From NCBI GenBank assembly GCA_030704615.1, contig CM060734.1, positions 33,480,001 through 33,544,000 of the forward strand: a stretch of 64,000 bases of DNA, written 5' to 3'. Both the position numbers and the translations under genes were made by a program. The DNA is from Takakia lepidozioides (lineage: Eukaryota; Plantae; Bryophyta). This document shows positions 40,151 to 51,618 of this stretch, in pieces; within the stretch, counting starts at the first letter, position 1, and each line of letters begins with the position of its first letter. Below the pieces are notes generated by a model. That model was not told where the DNA came from. It was given only the letters and a program-made list of their open reading frames with translations, and did no database searches.

Positions 40151-41630
40151 AAAAAATGATAAAAAAAGTTACTCGTAATCAAAGTTCAGATAGCGGATCG
40201 GAAAAGAGATGGGCGCTCCACATTTTTCGCTACACGTCTGACGCTGGTCTCAACGCGCGAAGACAACAGACACCTCCTCCCCTTCGTTTTGCACCTCAAG
40301 TTAATGCTTCTCTGTTTGTTGCACAACAAAGACTGAAGTCTTATCCCCTCAACCTTTCTCTATCATGGTTTTCTGGAGGGTTTTTTGATAAACTGCCGTC
40401 TTTTGGTGTTTTTGTCATTTTTCATCCTGTGTGAAGCACTATCTATCTGTTTAGACGGCATTGGTGACATTACTGACAGTATTCAAGTTTCACATGTGAC
40501 ATAACTGTGTGGTGCTTTGGCACTCATTCTTCTCTCCCCTCATTCATCCTTGCTTTTAAAAATTGTCTAAAACTGCCTAAATCTGTCTAAGATGGCTTCT
40601 TTCGTCTCTTGTTGTTCTAACACAAAGGACCCAAAATGATTTTTGTAATATAATGTTATGCTACTAAAGCAATTTTTTCACTATTCCTATAGTGAAAGCA
40701 ACAACCATAATGTATTGTATGTAACTATAAAAATAATTGATGATAAACTATTCTTGGCCTCTTTGGGATGATTTAGAAAGTTTTTTTTTTAATAAAAATA
40801 TATATTTTATGTATTGTACTACATGAAAAGTATTTAAATTTTCTCTTGACAACATACACATAATGTTCTATGTGACTAAGGTGGTATTTACATAACGCTT
40901 CAAATGAGTATTACGATACCTATACCACTTTGATAGTAATTATCAATTTTTATTGGTACCTCTCTAATAAATGTACTGCACTACATTAATAATAAAATAC
41001 TCATGGAGTAAGTTCTTAGATTTTTTTAAATTATTAAAGTGATCTGTAAAATCTTATATTTTTTACATTATCTAATGAAATTAGAGCCTCATTACCTACG
41101 ATTGATTCAATTTACTGAAAAAGTTGTTGGCATACTAAGCAAATAACCGGTACAGTGGTTTATCCCTTTACAAAAACTTGAAAAAAATGATCATATATTT
41201 TATGTGATAATACTTAAAACCTTCAATCTGTCTATGTATGGTAGCTGGAGTATCCATAAAATTTATGTATAGCTCTCACTAGACACGTATATCTAACCCC
41301 TAAAGTTTAATAAATTTGCTATACCAACAAATAAGTCATTTCACATCCCCCATTGTTTGTGGCCTAGTTGCACAAAATGATGTGACGTGACGCTAACACG
41401 TTACCGTCACATCCGAAGTCCCTACATAACGTCACCTCCAAAACTAGTTTTACGTTGTTTAATGTTTTTAAAAAATTAACTATTTTATTACATAGTTTAC
41501 CATAATAACACGTAAGCCATCATGTCAAGTATAGTGGTCCAAAAATTTTAAAAACTATTTTCAAAACATTGGATCGTTGGATCGTTGGATCTAATGGTAC
41601 TAAATTTTAAAGAATTTACTTAATAAATTC

Positions 41631-42496
41631 GGGACCGCCAGCTTTGGCAGCTGAATTTTGAAAAGAAAAACTAATAAATCGGGACCGCTAGCTCTGGCAG
41701 TCCCAAAATTTAGTAAATCGAGACCATCAACTCTGGCGGTCCTAATTTTAAAGAAATGATTTAATAAATTCAGGACCCTAAGCTCTACCAGGCATTTTTC
41801 TTCAAAAACGTATCTAATAAAATGGGACCGCCAGCTTTGGCGGCCCCCCCCCCCCCCCCCCCCCCTCCCCCTTAAAAATCCGGACCGCCAGCTCTGGCGG
41901 TAATTTTTTTTTTTTTTTTTAAGGATCAAATTGCATGCATGCCCGATTAATTTTTTTAATTTTATGGATACAATTGGGACCATCAGCTTTTAGCAATCCC
42001 ATTTTTATTGAAAAATAAAATAAAGACCGCCAGCTTTGTCTGTACCGGATTTAATAAATTAATTAATTAATTAAGACCGTCATCTCTAACGGTCCCAAAT
42101 TTTAAAAACAAATTCAATTTTTTTTTAAAAATCAGGACGGTCACCTTTGGTAGCCCGAATTTAATGTAGTAAAAATTAAGAAGATCGGACCTCTACCTTT
42201 GGTGGTCCCCGAATTTAACAAGAAAAATGAACATTAAAAACCGGGACCGCCACCTTTGGCAGTTTCGAATTTAATTTTTAAAAAAATTAAAAATTAAAAA
42301 TAAAATAAAAGATTAGTCCACTATCTCTAGCAGTTGCGTTTTAATTTAAAAAATTAAGATTTTGAAATCTAGGGACTGCTACCTTTGGCGGTCCCGAGTT
42401 TAGAAAAATATTTGATAAATCGGGACCACCAGCTCTGGAGGTCCCGATTTTTAATAAAATATTTAATAGATCTGGACTGGTAGCTTTTGCGGTGTC
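41631..42496. repeat. Array of ~16 palindromic GGGACCGCCAGCTYTGGCGGTCCC units with AT-rich spacers
   Basis: Units at ~41631, 41681, 41720, 41772, 41824, 41882, 41977, 42024, 42074, 42133, 42187, 42243, 42315, 42372, 42422, 42474. Confidence 0.85.
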
Positions 42497-43319
42497 AAAT
42501 TATCAAGCTGAGAAATTATCAGAGCTCACTTGGCAATTTATATTTTTTGGTATAAAACTAACGTGACATAGGCCCACATCAGTTTCAGATCCGAGATGAT
42601 CTGACGCGACTTGACATCAAGGTTAACCATTACCAACGTTCTATACTGCCAAGAGGTGTAGTCACCACTTTGCCACCATAAAATACTTCAACGACCTGTT
42701 GTATGTCATTTTTCTTTTTGTGTGAATCATATTTTTTGCGTTAATCCCATTTCTTGTCTATGCCCTTATCCTTTTTGTGTAACCACATCGGGCTTCTCGA
42801 CAGTCTCTTCTGTAGGCACTGAGGGGTGTAGAGATTCAATCTTGCAATGGGACAGCTCCAGGACAGTTTCTTCTACATGTAATGAGTCAGATTCTGTGTC
42901 AATCTATGTCACAATCTCTTTGAAAGCATTGAGGGGTGTGCAGGCTCAATCTTGCAATTAAACAGCTTATGGACAGTCTCTTCTAAATGTAGTGAGTTAG
43001 ATTTTATGTCACTTCGTATTACAGTCTCTTTTCAAGGCACTGATGAGTCAAATTTTGTGTTATTATCACATAGTTCTTGTTCTTTCTGTTGCTCTACAAA
43101 TAGCCTTCGCATAATTTTGACAATCTCACCAGGCTTTTCTTGGATTACAGAGGGTGAGAACCACTTGGACGAGAGCTGCAAACAATTTGGTCACACTGAG
43201 AGTAAGGGCCCAACACCAACAACCAGAAAACAATGATTACCAGTCAAGAGTAAGCCTAAGAAACACTTCAAACACGTTTAGTTTACAAAATTTTGAGATG
43301 GCTTGGTAAGAGAGGTAAG

Positions 43320-46300
43320 TGTCGTGACATATCTTTTCATGTACTCCGTCACGAACCACCCATATGTATTACTCTCGTCTAGGTACATCGCAGGAAGTGA
43401 GCCTGAGAAGCTTATTGAGCTTTGTAGCATTGAGTCATTTTCCCACATAGAGTTCTTCTAGCAACCTACAAAAATTGTCATACATGCCCATAAGGTCAGT
43501 GTTCAGATGACACTAGTTTGGATGAAAAGCTGCAAGTGTCAAGAACGAGAACATAACTGAACACAAACAAGATATCAGACTAGAGGTACAAGACTAGGCA
43601 AGAAGTCAAGGTTGGCATGGCCGTATGCACGATGAGTAAATAGGAATCAAGGCGATCTTTATAACAATAAACAAGTGTACAAGATATTGGAACACGACTT
43701 GAATACTGGAATGCTGGAAACTGGACTGAATTACCAGATACTGGAAACTGGGCTAGGGTACTGGGAATTGGAAACAAGAGTAGCTTGAACTGGTGTTGGC
43801 GAGATTGAAGAGTGTCCAGTCTCGCCTCCTATATATACTGGCTACTAAGAAGCTTCCCTAATAAGCTTCCCCTATGGAGGTTTCTTGCTGGAGAAATTTC
43901 CAAGATTAAACAAATGTTTCTTGATGGAGAAGCTTCCTTAAACAAATGAGATATTTTGATGGAGAAGTTTCTTCCAAATGAAGCTTCCTGAGCAGTTTCC
44001 CAAGTTACTTTTGGTAATTTGATAAACTCCCGGTAACTTGGTAAGTAATGATAAATCATGGTAGATCATGATAAATCACGGTAAGTCATTGTAACTTTTG
44101 ATAACTTGATAACTTGGTAACTTCTGATATTTACTCTTGGTAAGTTCCTCTGGGCTATGTCCGTGACATCACCCCCTCCTCTAACGCCGAATTCCTCGAG
44201 GAGCGATAAAATCTTGGACTTGCTTAGAGTTGGAAAAAATCCAAAATCCGGCGAATGGTACTTGTCCAGTATTCGGCTCTTCGTTCTTGATTCAAATGAT
44301 TTATAGGTCCCTGCAACCATCGATAATGTCCAACACCTTGAACTTGGGACCACGCAGTGATTTGAGCATTCTGATTCTCGAAGCTGCCTTCAAACATGAT
44401 TTCGTTGCCCTCTGCGTCCGAAACCTCAACCTCCAACAGAATTATCAGACTTCGAGTAGGCTCCACTTGCCGTCGTACGGGGTCCAGATGAGGAAGTACG
44501 CGTCGCATTGGTGGCCCATCGTCTCAAGAGCGTCGGCGTGATGTTGAAGGTCGTGAGAGTCGGAACGGCTGATCTGGTAGCTGGGTAAGCGACAACTCAA
44601 ATGTATCTGGTTCCTGTGACTCCATACTGCCAATACAAGATGCAAGAGTGCTGGAAGTGTAGCTATATATACTGATGTGTGGTGTTCCTCCCTCCTTAGC
44701 GTGTATCAGGTACATTGAATGTACCTTGAAGCTAACTTGGCTGACATCATCATTGTGACGTCTTATTGACGTGTAGCTCGGGGCTTAGCTAAATATCGTT
44801 GATGAAACTCTTGGACTTTGTCAGATGCATTGGCGAGATTGGATGAAAGTTCCCACGTTCGTTCGTTGATGTCGTAGCCTTTCCAATGTACGAAATATTC
44901 AAGACGTTTATACTTGATGCGAGAATCTAAGACTTCATCGACTTCATACTCAATTTCCTGATTGACTTCGATTGGTGGAGGTGGTACGGAGACTCTCCCT
45001 AGAATATTCGATAGATGATACAACTCCAATAATGAAACATGAAAGAATGGATGGATGCGCATACTTCGTGGGAGTTCAATCCGAAAACTGACCGGATTTA
45101 TTTGTCGAATAATTTTGAATGGTCCCAGGCGTTGATAATCCAACTTCATTGATGGTCGCAAGGTTTGTATGTCCCGTCGAAGAAGCCACACACGATCTCC
45201 GACCTTAAACTGGGGTTGGAGTTGACGACGTTGATCTACATACTCATTGTATTATTTTTTAGCTCCTGCGAGGTGGAATGTAAGCTCTTTGTGAATCATA
45301 GCAAGATGAGAAACAAGGTTTTCTACAGGGTTTCCAACAGTCTTCATGTGGAAAGGGTTTGCTCGACGATAATGACCATAATTGGAGAAAAATGAAGTTT
45401 GTTTAGTCGAAGAATGTATAATGTTGTTGTAGGCAAACTCAGCCAATGACTGAAGGTCCGTCCAATTATCTTGATGATAATTTATCGTACAACGAAGATA
45501 CTGTTCCAAAATCTGGTTTACACGTTCGGTTTGACCATCAGTCTGTGGATGATTAGCTGTAGAGAGATTGATCTTAGTATCCAATATGTGAAATAATCCC
45601 CTTCCAGAAATTTGATATGAACTGTGGTCCTCGATCAGATACGATGTCCTTTGGGAATCCATGAATGCAGTACATATTATTGAAAAAGAGTCTAGCAGTT
45701 TCCTCGCTGGTAACCGTCTTATTACATGGAATAAAATGTGTCATCTTCGTAAAACGATCTATAATAACAAGGATTGAATCGGTGGTCTTGGAAATTGGAA
45801 GGTCCGTAATAAAGTCCATGATAGACACGGACGACCATGGACCCTTGGGAATGGGTAATGGTTGAAGAATGCCGTAAGGTCGATGTCGTGGTCCATTCGC
45901 TCTAGCACACGTGTCGCAAGATTTTATAAATTCTTTCACGAGTTTCCACATCTGTGGCTACCAATAGTCCCTGGATATCAATTTCATTGTTTTGCTGAAG
46001 CCGAAATGTCCTGCAGCCGGAAGATCATGACATGTTTGAAGAATTCGAAGTCGTTTGTAACATGTGGATTATTTCGAGGTCGATTTAATTGACTTCGTAG
46101 TGTCGTGGCAAATTGGTCGCTCTTCAGTGCTTCCTGGATCTCTTTTATGATCTCTACATTATCATAGGTGGACATTGATAGCATATTCACTTGGAGATTT
46201 GCTGGTTTCAAGATGATGGATTTCTATTGGTCAAAAGTTGTATCCCCTTCTTTTGGCGCAAGATACGATCGTCGAGAAAGAACATCTGGTTTTCTTTGAA

Positions 46301-48578
46301 GATGTCCGGGACGGTAGGTAATAACAAAATCAAACCTTGCTAGTGACATATTCTATCTCGCTTGACGTCAATTCAAAACCCGAGCACTCATAAAATACTC
46401 GAGGTTTTTGTGATCGGTATAGACTGTGACTTGATGTATAGATGATGTCATTCCTCAAAAGCATCAATAATCGCTAGAAGTTCTTTGTCATGGATTTCAT
46501 AATTGATCTCCGCAGCGAAAAATTTGCGAGAACGAAAACCAACAGGGTGAAGTCGGCCATCTGTACCGTATTCAGAGAATACCACGCCAAGTGCAAAGTC
46601 CGATGCATCTGCTTCCAAAAAGAATGATTTAGATGGGTCTGCTTGTACTAGTATTGGAGCCGTTGTGAATGTCTACTTCAGCCTTTCAAATGTTTGGTCA
46701 GCCTTCTCGTCTCATACAAATTTGTCCTTCCATGTGAGTCGTGTCAATGGTGCAGCAATTTTGGAGTAGTCCTTGATGAAGATTCTATAAAAATTTGCAA
46801 ATCCTAGAAAACATTGTACATCTCGGACCGAAGTTGGTTTAATTCACTCGATGATGGTTTGTATTTTCTTCTGATCCATAAAGATTCATTTGTCGGAAAT
46901 AATGTAGCCCAAAAATTCGACTTCAGATTGGTGGAAAAGACATTTTTTCAACTAGGATCTCATACTTGTTCGGTAACTTAAAAATGGCATGTACAACACA
47001 CTCCCAAAGTTTCAAATCAATCTAAAATATAGTCATTTTTCCCTCAATTTATCAAGGACAAGGCATACATGACGACCATGTTCTTCTTCATTCTATGAAA
47101 ATATCAAAATGTCGTCCAAATAGATGACTACAAAGTCATCTAAAAATTCTTGAAAGATGTCATTTATCATGTGTTGAAAAATTGCTGGAGCATTTGTAAG
47201 ACCGAAAGGCATAGCACTGTATTCGAAATGTCCGTACCTTGTGCGAAAAACAGTCTTCTATTCGTCTCATTTTCTTATTCGTACAAGGTTGTAAGCTCCT
47301 CTCAAGTCGATCTTTGTGAAAAAATTTGCTCGTCCAAGTTGCTTGAGGAGTCCCGAAATCAGCAGTAGTGGGTAACGATTTTTATAGTGACTTTGTTGAG
47401 CCCACGATAGTCCACACACATGCGTAACGATCCGTCCTTCTTCTTCACAAATAAGATACGTGCTCTCGCGGGTGATTTCGAATGTCGAATGAAATTCTTT
47501 GACAAATTTTCATCAATGTATTCGGGTAAAGCAGCTAGCTCCGTCTGAGATAAATTTTAGATCGGGCCGAATGGTGGTTGAGCTTTTTTTTGCAAATCAA
47601 TTGCACAATCATGTTTTGGTAACATGTCTGCATTTTTCTTCTCGAAGACATCATTGAAATCTTGATATTGAGTGGGTAATGTCGAAGTACCTTGGTCTCT
47701 TAAGGTTTTGATCGGAGTCGCATAAAGTGCAAATGTCGCGTCTTTTTTCATAGCTTTCATGAAGGCTCTAGCTCCAAGAGACGGGGATTGAATACCTTTG
47801 GTACATTTTTATCTTGCCAAAAATTTTCATGATCGCGCTCCAATGTCAGGATTATGAATCGGACAGCATCAATCTACATAAGATCATTACCGGATGTCTG
47901 ATGGATCGTTGTGTTTGGTGTCGTAGTAGGAGCGGCATGGTGCGTCGTCGACCATCCAGATCGCTTCTCTTGACGTCTTTCAAACAAACGATTATCGCAT
48001 GCAATGATTTGGGTGATGAATTCACTCAGTATACTCACGTTTGGCATTGTCAGTAACAAATCTTTTGCATCCTCTTTTAGGCCACATCAAAACTGACTAA
48101 TGAGACTCTTCTCATTCCAGTCGAAGTCGCACGCAAGTTGTCGAAATTCGGCAGCATAAACGGAAGCTGGACGTGCTCATTGTCGAAGATTTCGCATCTT
48201 TGTCTCTGCAACTCTCTCTCTATCATTCTCTCCAAACGTTGCAGTGAACTCAGACATGAAGCTTCAAAATTGTATAGTAAATACGAATTTTTCTCTAATA
48301 GCGGTGCAAACCAAGATAGGGCAGTGCCGATTAGAATGGTGCCTACAAATCTCACTTGAATACCTTCATCAGGGTAACGTTGTGGATGTAGTCGTAGGAA
48401 CAATCGTACTTGTTGAACAAAACCGCGAAATCTTGATCTTGTCTCATCAAATTTTTCGGGCATGCTGACATTTGGTTCCATTGTAATCTGTTGAAGATTT
48501 GTAACTTCCGGTAACATGGTAATTTGGTAACTTCTGGTATTTACTCCTGGTAAGTTCCTCTGGGCTATATCCGTGACA
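43320..48578 (-). mobile_element. Degenerate Ty3/gypsy chromovirus (Tcn1-like) LTR retrotransposon
   Basis: 3' LTR 43320-44168 with PPT (agaggagggggtga) next to it. Only ~80 bp of the 5' LTR remain (to 48578). Flanks gtaag/gcaag. Gag MPEKFD.TRSRFRGFVQQV, RT ([29 protein letters not shown]), RNase H (EADASDFALG), integrase (MDFITDLP, SDRGPQF, HPQTDGQTERVNQ), GPF motif and chromodomain EYEVDEVLDSR...YFVHWKGY...TWE. Protease region deleted. Confidence 0.93.
44224..44625 (-). pseudogene. Extra ORF of unknown function between gypsy pol and PPT (~133 codons, one internal TGA)
   Basis: MESQEPDTFEL...RRRS*DDGPPMRRVLPHL...RRILDFFQL read in a single frame. Confidence 0.5.
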
Positions 48579-49929
48579 GCAAGGCTCATACACTACAGAA
48601 AGACTTACTTTTTTAAGGTGTCATGGATGGTCATGTGGGTACCATTTGGAGAGTTCAAATGTAGTGTTTGGGGTGATTTCATGTTGATGACAACTACACT
48701 CCAGTGTTTACTACATTCAAGACAACCACATCAAAATCAAGAGGGGGCCAAGCGATGAGATCGTAATGAGCAATTGGAAAGGCCAAAAGTAACGTACTAG
48801 TAAGATGGATGCTTAGTTCACTCAAGCTCTACTCTCCAATACATCAATGTACAAAGTATCTAACAAAATGAAGAAGAAATGTACTTACTCTTTGTTGATG
48901 GGGATCAGTAGGTGATTTTTCCTAGTGTTGGGCACACCGCTTGATTCCATTGTAGCCTTCTAATTCAAGCTTTGTGAAAAAAAAACGCGGCTATATACCT
49001 CACATTTCATGCTTTCATTAAAGCCTAAAGTATGATACTTACTTGGAGTAGAATTCCATGAGTTTGTCGGTCATCCAATCACTTTGTTCAGCACATAAGA
49101 GGTCTATTGGCTGAAGCACTGTTAAGTTACTACCCCAAGCATATCTCAAGTTGACATCTCCTCTTCAATATCCTCCTTTTCGAGATGCTCTGAAGGGTGG
49201 ATCTTCCTGAACTCAAAAGTCTTTATCCTCAAAAGATTACAATGTACATTGAGTCAAACGAGCAATAGATGATGACAGTGACATTCTTCTCAAACATTTT
49301 CTTTTCTTTCTTTCTTTTGTTTTCTCATCTTTAGATTTATTGTCTGTACGTCAATGTACAACCCTGGTTTGTGATGATTCTTTGTCATTATTTAGAAAGA
49401 GCAAGATGCAATCTGTAATGTAAACTTCATTGACCTTGAATATATGGTAGTATCCCTTATGAATGAATATCCCTACAATGGTATGTATCTTTTCTTGAAA
49501 ATTTTATTACAACTTCACTCAGCCCTGTCTCATTATGCTGTAGGATTGCACAATGTGACCTTATCGCAAGATCTGAATTACAGATAAATATACCCAACAT
49601 AAAACAAACATTAGCCGCCTAACTTCATTGTGATGTCAATATTTCATTACAAAACTAAATTTAATTTCAAATAGTTTATGATTACCTTATGTACATCAAG
49701 GTTTTCTATATTAGAGATGTCAGACGCGTCAGACCATACGCAAACATGGCCTACGTCACGTCAATTTTAGGTGTGGATAATGTAATTTCCGGAGGGGTGA
49801 AAAATGTGATACGTAAGCGACCCATGCGTAGGACTCGGATTGCTGGGCAATGGCCCTCTATTCAATTCTTCTCCCATCATAACCGTTTAGATATGGAGTG
49901 AGGATGCGGACGTGGTGGATGAATCTCAC

Positions 49930-50600
49930 CTAGTGCTTAATCTGGACATGGATATAATTCAAGCTCAAACGTAAGCCGTAGTGGAGCAAGGTATCTTGAT
50001 CCATTTCCCTGGATGAGCACGAGACAAAACTTTGCATCTCCATTATATCTAATTTGACAGAAAATGCAGCTAAGGCCTTGAAGTTCAATGTGCGGCGCTC
50101 CAAATTCAGAGTGCACATTTTTCCCTAGTCCTCCAAGTAGGGACACAAAGGTGGTGTTACCTGCAAGCCCTGTACCTCCCCGAGAATTATTTACGCTCAC
50201 TCCCCGAGATTGGTACCCATTTCGAGGTATACATTGGATCCATGGGAGTTTTTGAAAATGAAGATTTAGATATTCTAATCATCGACCTCCTCTTCAATGA
50301 CATTGAAGAATGGGGTATCCCCCGCATTGTCGTGATGATGCCTGAGAATGTCTCCATCGAAGGTTATTTGAAGTTGCCTACTTTAGACAAATCTTTTATT
50401 TCTATCGTCGTCCAAGAATAAATGCTTAGTATCATCTGTCACTTTTGTCATTGTGAAGATCACATAAAAGTTAATTGTCCTACCTTCTTGAAGTCTAGAA
50501 TGGAAAAAGAGACCCTTTCAAATGTTACTAAGAAAGCGAATTGGGTGTAGGTTCAGGCTAGAGACTCTGCTGCATCCTCGAGAAAGCGGTGAGACCCCTA
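49930..50600 (+). mobile_element. L1-type LINE ORF1 remnant
   Basis: Zinc knuckle CHFCHCEDHIKVNC (CX2CX4HX4C) at 50437-50478; stops present. Confidence 0.5.
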
Positions 50601-50719
50601 CAAAGAGGGTCTCATCTGATGTGACACCTGTGCAATAGTGACATTTTTAGCACAGCCACATCATATTGACTGATATATTGGCATATTATTCAACATCATA
50701 GTTAATTAAAAATTTCAAA

Positions 50720-51565
50720 AATAATAACTGCGACTTCCATATATAAAGAGCCGCATCTAATTAAAAATTTGGCTGTCATATATAATTTTCTTAAAACAAT
50801 ATGTGCGACCACTTAAATTCGGTAGTCGCATAATATTTTTTATTTAATAATATGTAAGACTGCCAAAATCCTACGGTCGCACGTTTAAAAATAAATAAAA
50901 AATAAATGCGACCGCCAAAATTCGACAGTAGCATGTAATTTATTTTGGAAAAACAAACGCGATTGCCCAAATTCGGCGATCGCATGAAAATATTTTTTAC
51001 ATAATAAGTTTGGCCACCAAAATTCAGCAATCACGTGTAGTTCAGTTTTTCAAAAAATTAGTACGATCGTTAATTATGGCGGTCGCACATATATAAATAT
51101 AAAAAAAAATCACATGCGACCGCCAACATTGGCTATCGCACCAATTTTTGAAAAAGACAACAAAAATATTTATTTATTTTTTAAAATGGGTGCGACTGCT
51201 AATTATGCTGGTCTCACCTATTTAAAAAATAAAACTTTCATGCAACCCTTGCAGTGACACCAAATTTTTTTTTTAATGTGTTTTTTATTTTTTTTTGGTG
51301 AAAATGGATCCGACCGCCAATTTTAGGCATATATTTTAAAAAATAAAAAAATTTCATATGATTGCCAGACTAGCAATCGCATCCACTTTTAGAAAAGAAT
51401 AAAAAGTAATTTTGTTACCAAAATTTGGGTTGACTGCCAATTATGGCGGTTGCACTTTATTTTATTTTTTAAAAAATATTAATTTCTTTAAAAAACTGAA
51501 AAATCAAAATTTGTAGCTTATCAAAAATATTGAATTATCAAGCGACCGCCAATATTGGCAGTCAC
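50720..51565. repeat. Palindromic GCGACCGCC/GGCGGTCGC array immediately 5' of the transposase relic
   Basis: Multiple units (e.g. 50908, 51074, 51116, 51190, 51310, 51431, 51542) separated by A/T runs. Confidence 0.8.
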
Positions 51566-51618
51566 ATATAGTCAAGGAAATTTCTACTAAGGTGAAGTTT
51601 CTTCCTTGTGATGATAGC

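Larger units (their letters stand above)
42520..49800 (-). mobile_element. Probable decayed TIR (Mutator-like) element carrying a Ulp1/SENP-like protease relic, interrupted by the gypsy element
   Basis: Imperfect inverted repeats at ~42553-42620 and ~49715-49770. Minus-strand exon-like scraps DLLCAEQSDWMTDKLMEFY|gtaagt (~49045-49110), HLLIPINK|gtaagt (~48885-48915) and WFSPSVIQEKPGEIVKIMRRL (~43100-43165). Confidence 0.35.

Noticed and set aside
41631-42496. CRISPR array
   Set aside because: Eukaryotic context with no cas genes. Repeats are degenerate and spacers are low-complexity A/T runs of variable length.
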